A stretch of DNA of 64,000 bases. Origin: Lineus longissimus (taxonomy: Eukaryota). Below the pieces are notes generated by a model. It was not told the DNA's origin, did not search any database, and worked only from the letters and a program-made list of their open reading frames with translations. This document shows, in pieces, positions 1-10,900 of this stretch. Position 1 is the first letter of the stretch. Each line of letters starts with the position of its first letter. The position numbers were made by a program, and so were the translations under genes. The DNA lies in NCBI RefSeq assembly GCF_910592395.1, contig NC_088308.1:2790001-2854000 (forward strand), written 5' to 3'.

Positions 1-260
1 ATTTCTGTCGAAGTCATTGCTTAGAATCACTCACAAATCTCATTTTGTTGAAGCACATATCGATGTGAGGTCCTTGTCTAGCACTACTCTACGCTAACAC
101 TAGGTATAGGCCTGGACTTTTTCAAGGGTACATCAAAATCCTACCTACAATACATTACATATTCAATGGATGTGCAGACAACCACAATAACAACAATATA
201 CAATGCGAAATATCATAGTTTGATTGAAAATTATCTTGCCACATGTGAAGAACCTTTTGC

Positions 261-435
261 AGGTCAACTATTTTGTCACCAGGATAGAAATTATTGCACA
301 TTAGGTCAACTCTTTGTCAGCAGCAGAGAACGTCTCACATATAAGGTCAGGTTTTGTCGCCAGCTGTTAGGTAAACTATTTTGCTAAATCTTCTGTTTTT
401 CAAAAGAAAAACGTCTGATGAACTGTTTTGTCATC
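261..435. repeat. Degenerate short repeat array, core AGGTCAACTATTTTGTCA
   Basis: Copies start at 261, 303, 344 and 369, with a partial copy at 421. Confidence 0.55.
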
Positions 436-3400
436 AGTGAACCATCAGAAAAAGTTACTTACATATCCTGTAAAGCAACTGAGATCGAGATATGTAAACG
501 GTCCATTCATTTTGGATTCAATAAGCCGACTGAATCCACAAGATTGGCAGCTCAAATTGACCTAAAGTAAGCACATTAGGGCACCAATCAGCCATCCCGG
601 ACATGTTGATTGTGACGTTGAAGAGAGCCAAGCCGCAATACGGTCATTGCCAAACATTGTTTACAGCAATACCAATAACAAGCTTATTTCCTCTGCAACG
701 TGTTGCCGATGGAATTTTGTTAGGTTCCAGATCTGTGGAGACCGAATCAACATTAAGCTCATCGAAGCTGTGGCACCGTTCTCCATCGGCGTTGGTCGTT
801 CATACAATCATAGTTGATGAAGAAACGGGATAGGTAGATCAACATCTTGCCAGGGTGGATAATGGACCACTCGTTGGTCAATATTGATCGGGAAAATCTC
901 CCGGAGATAGCGTGCCCTAATGCATAGGTCAATTTCATTAGGGGCTTGGATCTCATCTGAGTGACATTGTTAAAGTGCACTATCTTAGAAGCAGCGCATC
1001 ACCAATGCTCATATTAAACTGCTCATAAACATAATCTTAAAGTTTTCTCCACAATAGCATTGTATTCATTTCTTCAAAGTACCTTTTTTAAGATTAACAG
1101 CAGTGTATTCACAATGGTTGTTCTCCCTATCCAAGACATTCTCACTCCCTCACAAAGTGACTGTCCTCTAATGTGAGATGGAACAGGACCAGCATGTCAA
1201 TGACTGTGGGAGACGATCAAGAACAATACAGCAGTCACCCATTTGACTGATTAGCCATGATCCTCATCTCACCCATTACCAACCCAGCCCCAGTCAAACG
1301 ACTCCTTTCCTCTCATTTCTGGAATACCTAACTACCATCCGTGAGGTTAGCTTATGAAGGAGACCATTAGGAAGAAGAAGATTGATTTACCACATGAAGG
1401 CTAGTGTAAATCATTACAAAGGAGAGAATCAAGGTTGTTGACGATTATTGGTCATGTTCTTGGCAAGGTTACGACTTTTTAGATTCTGTAGCCAAATGTC
1501 TTCGGAGATGCTTTCAAGTCTAAATCTTTCGGTACATGACTTTAGCTTTTGGTTCAATGTCATTGAAAAACAATGCAGATATTCTTATCAAGGTAAACAT
1601 ATGTAGTCATGATTTTTTGGTTTACATGTCTTGATAATTGCTTCGTGAAATATTCATCAGCAAGCCTCCCAGATTTTCTAAATGGAAGTGCTGCTGACCA
1701 ATCTGAGCAGAAGCACTCTCGCTCCTGGCTGTCAAGCAACCAAGGGATTGTTTCCACTGCAAGACAATATTGTCACTTAGAGTGATATATGAGCTGGTTG
1801 CTGATATTTTACCATCCCTCACAGCCTGATATAATAGATGAAGACTAACCATCTGCGTGAAGTACCCAGGTGGAAAAATATGACTACATATATCAGTATC
1901 ATGGTAAGGTCTTTGATCAATGCGATCATAGCAGGGGCAAGAAAGATGACACGAAACTTCAAAGCATTTTTCTTGTCTCTCAAGATTGGCAAAAACCTCA
2001 TAACGAGCTTTCATGGCCTTTGGTGTTCACGGCTCAGGTTCTGCTCCTCCACGATATCAACTTATGTTAAAAGGTAGTGTAACCTTTTGTCAGCTGCTAT
2101 GATCTAAGCAGCATCGCACGAGGTGGCCCATATGCTCTGAAAGATCTTGTGCAATGAATGTTTGATCTTCTAGAACAGGCAACAAACGAAACGACACCCC
2201 AAGATATGCTTCAAAGATATACTTTTAAGTATGATCTTTACCTGAGAAGTGGTAACAAGAACGAACTTAAGGTCACCTTGTCGTTTTGTTGTTCTTGATG
2301 TGTCTTTCTCCAGTCCAAGAGAACATGGTCTCCACTATCTGTCCGTTGTCATTTCTGTCATGTTATGACATGACACGGAAGTCCAATTATCTGTGACAAT
2401 GACCTTGCCTCATTCATACATGTGAAGAACATGAGGTTGGCATTTCACTTACGCAGAATTGCAATGTCATGCAAATTGCACATGGTCTGATGACATGACC
2501 ACAAGCGACTCTCAAATCACTTTTGGAAGGTTCTGTCATGATTGTTTAGATGCTGGTTTGACCTTAACATCGCTGGGAAGGTTCTTTGAGGGTCATGTGA
2601 CTGCTGGTTGATCTTATGTGATTGGGAACGGTTCTTCGGGTCTGCTGAGTTGACCTATGCAAAGTGGGAAATGTTCTTTGATCTTATACTTATCAAAATA
2701 TCGTTTTGAAATAGCTGTTTTGGTGACTGTTGGTTGACCTTTCAAAGGTTCTTCATCAAGGAGCAAGAGGTAATTCTCAATCTTCAATCCTAACAAATCC
2801 TACTTGGTATCCTGTGCTGGTCTTGCAATTTTAGGCAATCTCAAATCTGATAAAATGGGATACTAATGAAAGGTATGTATCTACTGGCAGTACAGGATTA
2901 ACCATCATGTTTCCTTAAGTCAAACACATAGGAATGGACACCAACATACTCCTCCATAACAGAGAGTCAGTTCAACTTTAGTTTGCTGGATTTACTCTAA
3001 TTTCACTTTCATAAGATCAGTATCGCTTCGGCCATCAACACCCTTCAGCACATATTTGCACGTGAACCACTGTTTGTTTGTGTTGAAAGCCAATGGCGGG
3101 TATAGACATGAATGCCTGCACTGGTCTTACATAAGTGTAAATAGAGCTTGTTTCAAGGGCAGGATCATGTAAATTTACAGCAAACTCGAGTGGAACGGAC
3201 CTCCTGTATCTCTGAAACTTCAACATCTGTCCAAGTGGTAAACTGTCTCACAGGACAATGGACACTTAATGTTACAGAGATGCATCCCTTTGATGCATGC
3301 ATCTTATTGATATGTTCGTATTCACAGCTCAATACTTTCTTCAGTCAAGGAATACATGACATCAAATGGAGTTATGGATATCTGGAGATGTTGGTTTGGC

Positions 3401-4831
3401 GTTTCTCTCAACAATCTGGTTCATTTAAACATAAACTTAGCCATCTTGCTTGAATTCTCAATATCACTTTGGCTTGATCATGTGCTTTTGCATTGATTTG
3501 GATAGATATAGTTGAAATAGTAGCCTGACTTCAATTTTCTTATAAATACAGTCATAATAAATTGGTTCGATTTTTAGTGGGAGAAAAATCAAAGTTTCTT
3601 GTAAGAATATGAATTCTTTTGACAAGGAAAGATGACAGTTCTTTTTTCATGATTATATAGCCTGTTTTGATAAGTATAACATAGGTAATATCTTAAACGA
3701 CGTACTATCACTTAACAGGGAAATTAGAATCAAGAGGTATCGAGCAAATTTCAGAAATATGTAACCAGTAAAGCTAGCGAGGGGTATTTCCACTTGAATA
3801 GGGTGAGGAAAGAAAGATAACAGCTTACATTGTGCACACTTGTGATGCGGCTGTTATTGGGTCCTCAATTCAAGTTTTTGCAAACTATGCAAAAGAAGGA
3901 AGCCAAAAGGTGAAATAAGTTATTTTTAATTATTAGACATCTACTGAATACCATGGCAACCACAATTTGACATTTAATATAAATGTGTGCATGCAGGCTA
4001 GAAGAATTTCATCCACTATGCAAACCATGAAATGTGATTATTGCCGACATCGGAGTAACTGGTCCGAGTCATGCTAGCGGGTTCCAATCAGTCTTGTTAT
4101 CAACAACATCATGGCAAATTTCCTAATTACAGTTGATATTTCTACAAGGCTGAAATCACTTGGAGCAATATGCAAAGAGAACAACTTGACAACATTCAAC
4201 ACAAAGAGGTGCGAAGGCACAAGATCAAGCTATCGATAGTCAGGCTGTTCAAGATGGCTGACATGCACTGCCAGTGAGATATGTTAGACACTGCACTCTG
4301 GGTGTACATACACGAACATTCCTGAGGCAAGTAGATACTGCACGATTCGCTAGAGTTGCCTAACCTAATGGTTAAAGTTTTGAAATAAAAAGGTCCATAC
4401 AAGAACGACACCAAGTTTGATTTAGACTGCAGGTCATAGGTGTCGCTCTTCAACGACTGTTTTGATTTTTTACATTTGAGAATTGATATTTACAAAGACA
4501 CAGCATCAAGAAATACCATTAACAAGCCGATTTCAGCATCTCTGGAATAACACCAAAAGAAATGCCTTCTTTAGTTCACACATTCAGTATATGCCATGTC
4601 CACTTCCAGCATCAATGCATAAACACAGAACTAGGCCACCAGGTTCTGGTGTCTTAGACTCTCTGCTGCATCTTTGTCAAGAATAGATGTCAGTACATCT
4701 ACCAAGAGTAGTATGCCGAGTTACAGGACACCGACACATACTTACAAGTGGCACAGGCATTTCTTATTATCAACTAGGTAAATTGTAACTTAGCATTTTA
4801 GTGTGTGCTATACCACATGAATTGAAATAAC

Positions 4832-4962
4832 CATGCACCTCAATCTTTCGTCCCTCAACCACAGTGCCGTTCAATTTTTCTCGTGCTCGGTCTGCGTCTG
4901 CACTATTTTGGAAAGTTACAAAACCGAATCCCTGCATGCACGAGGAAAATAAGGAGCATGCA
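4832..4962 (-). promoter_or_regulatory. Three RBFOX-binding UGCAUG elements at the 93-nt exon (splicing regulatory elements)
   Basis: Plus-strand CATGCA at 4832-4837 (donor positions +2 to +7), 4935-4940 (directly before the acceptor CAG) and 4957-4962 (branch-point zone). Confidence 0.88.
4839..4931 (-). CDS. Rbfox: Rbfox RRM exon, 93 nt, RNP1 half: [31 protein letters not shown]
   Basis: Acceptor ttttcctcgtgcatgcag|GGA, donor GAG|gtgcat; 31 codons, phase 0-0. Same length and boundaries as the 93-nt RRM cassette exon of vertebrate RBFOX genes. Confidence 0.97.
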
Positions 4963-7900
4963 TTAAATTCGTGCAAATCAACAAAACATGGCATTAATAA
5001 ATATATATATGTATATGTATGATTTACAAGTACATCATGCCTACACATGATGATTGTACACGGAACCCACTTTAAACGACACTAAAAGTCAAAGAGAGCA
5101 ATTCTTGACACTTTCAAGAAACACGAGAATCAAAAGGAAATTAAACTTATTTGAAATCTGATTTAAGCTCATTTCAAATATAACTAAATGAAAGATTCAC
5201 TCAGTTAAGCTTCTTTCCCAGAGGAATCAAGTGTTTGGTTAAAGGATAAGAGATTGCTGATGAGCTTTGCTGACAGTCTTTGAGTGGGTTTCGCGTACGG
5301 ACATGGCAACACTGAAGACACAATGTATATAGAGACAGACATGCTCAGAGAGTCAAGAAGCGACATGCTGCCATGCCACATGATACAAAAGATAAGACGA
5401 GGTTTGAGAGATGACAACACAGGGAGAATAAGGGAGGGTTAACTCATTTACTACAAGCCTCTCGTCTGGGGAATCAAACCAGATGGCAGAAGTCCCTATT
5501 TGACTGAGGAAATGAAGAACGAATCTCATATAGTCTCAGGAACTCTGAAGTCCAGAGTAGACTGGTAATGAGATTGCTCATTCTGGCTTGGTAGCCAATG
5601 AGTAACAGGGAGAGTAAGGGAACAGAATGGGAAATAGGAATGAAGGGAAGATGAAGACCTTTCTGAAGGACACAAATCTGATGTTCGGAGCATCCACCGT
5701 TCACTACCGGCTTACACGGCTAACATGCCTTATGTTAGTTTCATTCTAATCCTGCATGCCTGCATGCCTGCAGTGAACGGTCATGCAACTTGACCTTGGT
5801 AGAGGTCGTTTGTATCTTCAAGGTCAGGAAGGGTTTTAGAGGAGGAATGGATGAAGGAACAAGAAGGGGAAAGTAAGAACGATGATGGAAAATGGAAGTC
5901 AATGGAGTGACGATTCTGCCCAAGAATTTTACAACTTATTCTATATACAAATGAAACCTAGGGGGTGGGGGGGTTTTGTTAGTTATATTTAAAAGCATAA
6001 TATAACAAAATGCAACAAAATATCATGTGTGCACATATCGTCCACAAAATGCAACTAAAACAGGGTTGATGTATTGTTAGTAGGTCAGGGAGGTAAAAGC
6101 ATGGCAAATAAACACAACATAATGAAAGACACTAGAGGGATTACATAAGGATGTTCTAATGGAAATGAAATTAATGAATGGTAATTCTCATCTAATGGAA
6201 ACAAACCAATCATAATCTAACAAAACAGAAAGCTAACGAAATTTTACTTGACACTCAACTACTGAGGAATACATGACCGGAGCACATCATACACTGGTAT
6301 CTCTTTTTTTGTGCTCGTTAGGCTGGGAGTACATTCGATTCACAGCGGCAAACCAACGCATCATAAACTCTAATTAATCGAAAGTATACACTTTCAATCA
6401 AGACCAAGGCTAAACAAATCAAACTAAACTTTGATAATGAGTGGAAGGTATTTTAAATCAAATCAGGAAACTAAAGACAAAGGTGAATCAAGCATTTCAT
6501 TTAGATCTTCAAGGCCACGAAAAGTGCCACTTAATTGGCTTATTGAATCAAAGAACACATTTTGCGACAGCTTTGTGTTCTTCCATTTTCACTTATTTCA
6601 CTCACTAATGAGTTCAAGTCTGATCACGTAATGTCAATATTTGTGGGCATCGTCACTCAAAGAAAAGGAATTGGAGATATAAGCAGAGTAGAGAGAGGCG
6701 GAAGGAAAGGATAGAGGAGGATGGATTATTTGATGAGGATGGCGATGATGGGTGGAAAGGGAAAGGGTAAAGGGGATTGGTGGGGTATGGTTGGGGGAGG
6801 CTGGAGGGAAGGGTACTAGCGGACGTCTAGAGGGCTGGGGGAGGACAGGATGACATCTGGTACAGCTTCTAGGGGAATGGGACTGGGACAACGACTGAAA
6901 TGGGAAAGATGACATAATGGGGATGGAGATGGGGTACAGAGTGACAACATAAATGATGATGATTGATTTTTGCCTGGTCACTTTTACGGCAAGATGAAGG
7001 TATAGGATGGAGAAGACTGAAATGTAACCCAGGGGTAAGAATTTGTCAATTTTGATATCTTACAAGAAGAATACAAACAAAAATGTCTATTATGCATATG
7101 TCACACAGTCAACACCAAAGCTATACAACACATCATCCTGATATGGTAAAACTGACCATGCAAAGAGTATGTATTATAAATTGATCGGGGAATGACAGCT
7201 TCCAAACAAAATCCTGCAGAATCTCATGAACCACACTAATGCCAACAAATGGTTACTTTACGAAAGGATGCCAACTACTATGATGTGATAACCGATTCCC
7301 ACCGCAAATGTCCCGCCAGCAATCGTCAATAGGCACACGGTAACTATGGGCATGAACTCATCTATAACCCACTCATATGCACACAACCATGCACTGAATC
7401 CCACAGGATCACAAGATAACATGCCTTCCACAAGGGATAGGGAGGGATGTGATATAGGGTTGACACAAAAAAAAACAACGAGGTCAGCGCCCATACCAAA
7501 TTGGTTGAAAAAAACAGAAGGTGCCCATAGTCACAATAGTTCACTTTTCCTTGAATTGGAGCACTCAAAGACACAAGAAGTACAAGGAACCCAAAACAAA
7601 ATGCTCATACCACTAAAACTTGGTATCGCAGAATACCAAGCGGTCTACTACACAGGTCTTGCCTAGGATTTCTCTATTCATTACACATAGAGCATGCCAA
7701 GAGCATGCAATAGAACATAAACAAGTCCCTCTTGACACTCACCAGTGAGCTGCGTGTTTGAATTAGAAAACCTTGATTTATTTTGTTGTCAATATCATTA
7801 TATCAATACTGGTTGTAAATAACACAGTGGATGTGATTATTTTATCGAAAATGATGGTGCAACGGTGAAACAACCAGGCAGGTTTGAGTAGGGTGAGAGA

Positions 7901-10900
7901 AAGTAGAGAGGTATCCAATCACCAAGAAATTAGATCTGGGGTGAGTCAATACATTGTTCTAGTGACAGAACAGAAAAGAATAGTCCACGGATTAATCAGA
8001 ATTAGAAAACGTCCTCAAAACTGCACCAGATTTTTTCAAACTTTTGATTATCGCAAACAAGAATACGTCATGCGTTCAAGGCTTTATTAATCAAATGCTA
8101 GATAGTTATTGTAAATTAAAAGTTAAGCATCGATTCAATTGTTTATGATTTTCTTAAAGAGAAAATACTGGCAAAGCGAACAATACGAACACAGGACAGT
8201 GAATGTCAGACGATACAAACATTCTAGTCAAGACCTTTCAAGAAATGCTCACGATTATATTTTGGAATTTTTTGTCAGATTTTGTCACCCCAAGGAAAAG
8301 ACAGTTACAGGCACCGTGCCCATGAAGGGAATTAGGGATCAGCAAGGAGCCAGGACAGAAATCAAATTTTAAATTTTCATTTTTCGGATTTCATAGGTTT
8401 TGATCAAAAGGGCAGTTGCTTTTAGTTTCGGTCAGTTAAGACAAGACAGGGGTTCTGCAACAGATTTGCAACAGGGAATCTTCTTAAAATGTAATTTCAA
8501 ACAAAATTCCTGAGCTAAAATGGTATTCAGGATCATCAACATAAATTCAATTGAAACAGTTAAGACGAAGTTTCAAGCCTATCAACATTTCAAATGAATC
8601 CAAATTTCCCACCAGAATCCACGACAAGATGTTTGAGAAGAAATGCAAGTCGAAGAAATGCCAAGTTGTAGCTTTAAGTCCCTGAACTAATCAGACAAGT
8701 GTCACAATGCAAGTCCCAAATGATCATATGATTGCCACTCAAGCAATCTAATAAATTGGCATGGCTTACTTCCTCTAAGCAAGATTGCATCCCCCATTTT
8801 TACTACGAGGCTGAAATTAATCCTGACAGAAGTTATGCGATTTGACTTGAAGTCGAGCACTGGGTAAAAAGCAAGTCCAATTCATTCAACCTGCTCCTGA
8901 TCAATCCTTTCAGTTAATTAGAGTGACCTCACTTGATATGAGTTATTTCGGATTGAGTTTGTGAACATTAAAAGTCAGGAAACAAGAAAAAATTCAAAAA
9001 TACTGACATCTGTGAAAAAATACCCCTACTCATGAATAGGTTTATACACCTACTGATGACAACCGAAGCTGGACATTGCCAATGTCATTTCAGGGTGGCA
9101 AAGATTTCACACAATATCTACATTATAACATGGACACATGCACATAGTCCGACATATACATGGTGACACACATTTTTATTCTAAAAACTACCATTCCTGT
9201 GATCAATGCCAAACAAGCAACAGATTATGAAAGACACTAGAAACCATCATGGAAGGAGAAACTGCTGAATATTTGACACCAGGACTTCAAAGGACATCGA
9301 ATATTGCAACGATTATTGGTGTCTACGTCAGACACCCACTATTCTTCCCACCGAGGTGGCAGGGGAATTTGACACTGTGGATGACAGCCACTGGCAGGGG
9401 AATTGTACTGAGGATGACACCCATTGAAGTGCTCATGTCAAGTATGCCAATATTCGCAAGAACGAACGTCACAGACAAAGTGCAAGGAAGATGGAAGACT
9501 CTCGCAGAGACTTTTTGCCATATCAGGTGCAACTTTGGATGCTGGTCAACATCACCATGTCATGGAGGAAAACCCTGTTGCCACTATTTCAACTGAATCA
9601 CTTTGTAGTGGACAGCAATCACATCCTATCCAGCGTGAAGATTTTTGATTTGAACTTGATCTTCTGGTAAGTGAGCTCTTAGCTGCCTCATGGTTGGCTC
9701 TTAACTCTGTGTTGTATTGAAGGAACCAGGGCCACCGGAGACCTACACGGTTGAAGAAAGTTGCCCTCTATCACATCATACTGGGTTTTGGAATCAAAAC
9801 TGGGACCTGTCAATCCAACTTAAAATGTGTATGTAAAGGTCAAATAAACCAATGGTGTCAGAAAACTAATGGTATTTTCATTAGCCATAGCAGAGAAAGC
9901 TAATGGAAGTCTGAAGCTTTCTGTGGCATCACAGGAGCAACACTAGCGAAGGTCAATCCTTCTTCACCGACAGCAGATGTTGATGGCACGCTAGAGGATG
10001 ATCCCCCAGGCTAAAAGCTACATGTCTGAAACAGCTCCACGGACTGCACTCTCGCAATGTCACAGTAATGAATTTGAGATCAATCGCCTTTATTGATCCT
10101 TAGCAAGTGTATAGCAAAGCGATCTTATCTAGCATTTGGCTTGGCCAGAATAAGCCACTGCTGGTTGCTGCCGCGGGAGTATTAAAAGGGAGATGAACCA
10201 ATTAACTTAATACCATCAGGAGCATTGGACAGGACTGGGGAGTATGCTTTGTACCCATTAGAATAAGAAGTGGTACATTTACGAGGAAATCATTCTGTCA
10301 AGCTATGACCTACAACTAGACTTCATCTTGAAGTCATTGTTAGCTATGCTGTGACAGGTTTTATCTGATTTAACTTGCATTATGAAACATGCATTTTGAA
10401 ATATCCATAGGAGGAATCATGGAAAGCACTCCTTTTCATTTCTTTTCTATTGAGCTTGAAGAACAAAGACATCTCCACAGTAGTATGCAGCGATTCAGCC
10501 ATCAGAGATCTAGTTTAATTAGAGAACACTCCAGAAAGGTATTGATCCAGACACGTTCTGACAAAGACTAACACCAATTCACCCAAATGAAGACAGAAGG
10601 TCAACAAATCAAAATTGGTCTTCTTTTCTCATTCAGTCTGATCAGCTTGCCAATCCGCGATTAAGGAATTACATGAGATTGAATTGACTCGCGATTGAGA
10701 AGAGCTGCAGGGCAACACTTCAAACAGAAGGACAGATGGAATATCGTGAATCATATAAGACTGTCAATATTTACGGCACTGAAAGACTCGGAAACAAAAC
10801 CACCTTTTTCTACATTCCCAACGGAAACCCATTCTGCCACTTAGACAGGGATGACATGAATATGAAATAGTCCTGGAATGGCCAAGCAACATTTCACAAA

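Noticed and set aside
759..980. HFNNVTQ as the expected VNNATARV exon
   Set aside because: Only superficial similarity and no suitable phase-0 acceptor. The real exon is probably outside the window.
1622..2014. 130-aa minus-strand ORF downstream of the RRM exon
   Set aside because: No similarity to the Rbfox C-terminus, an in-frame stop just upstream of its ATG, and no convincing splice sites.
10030..10050. RE1/REST-like motif ACAGCTCCACGGACTGCAC
   Set aside because: Several mismatches at core positions, and the sequence does not look vertebrate.
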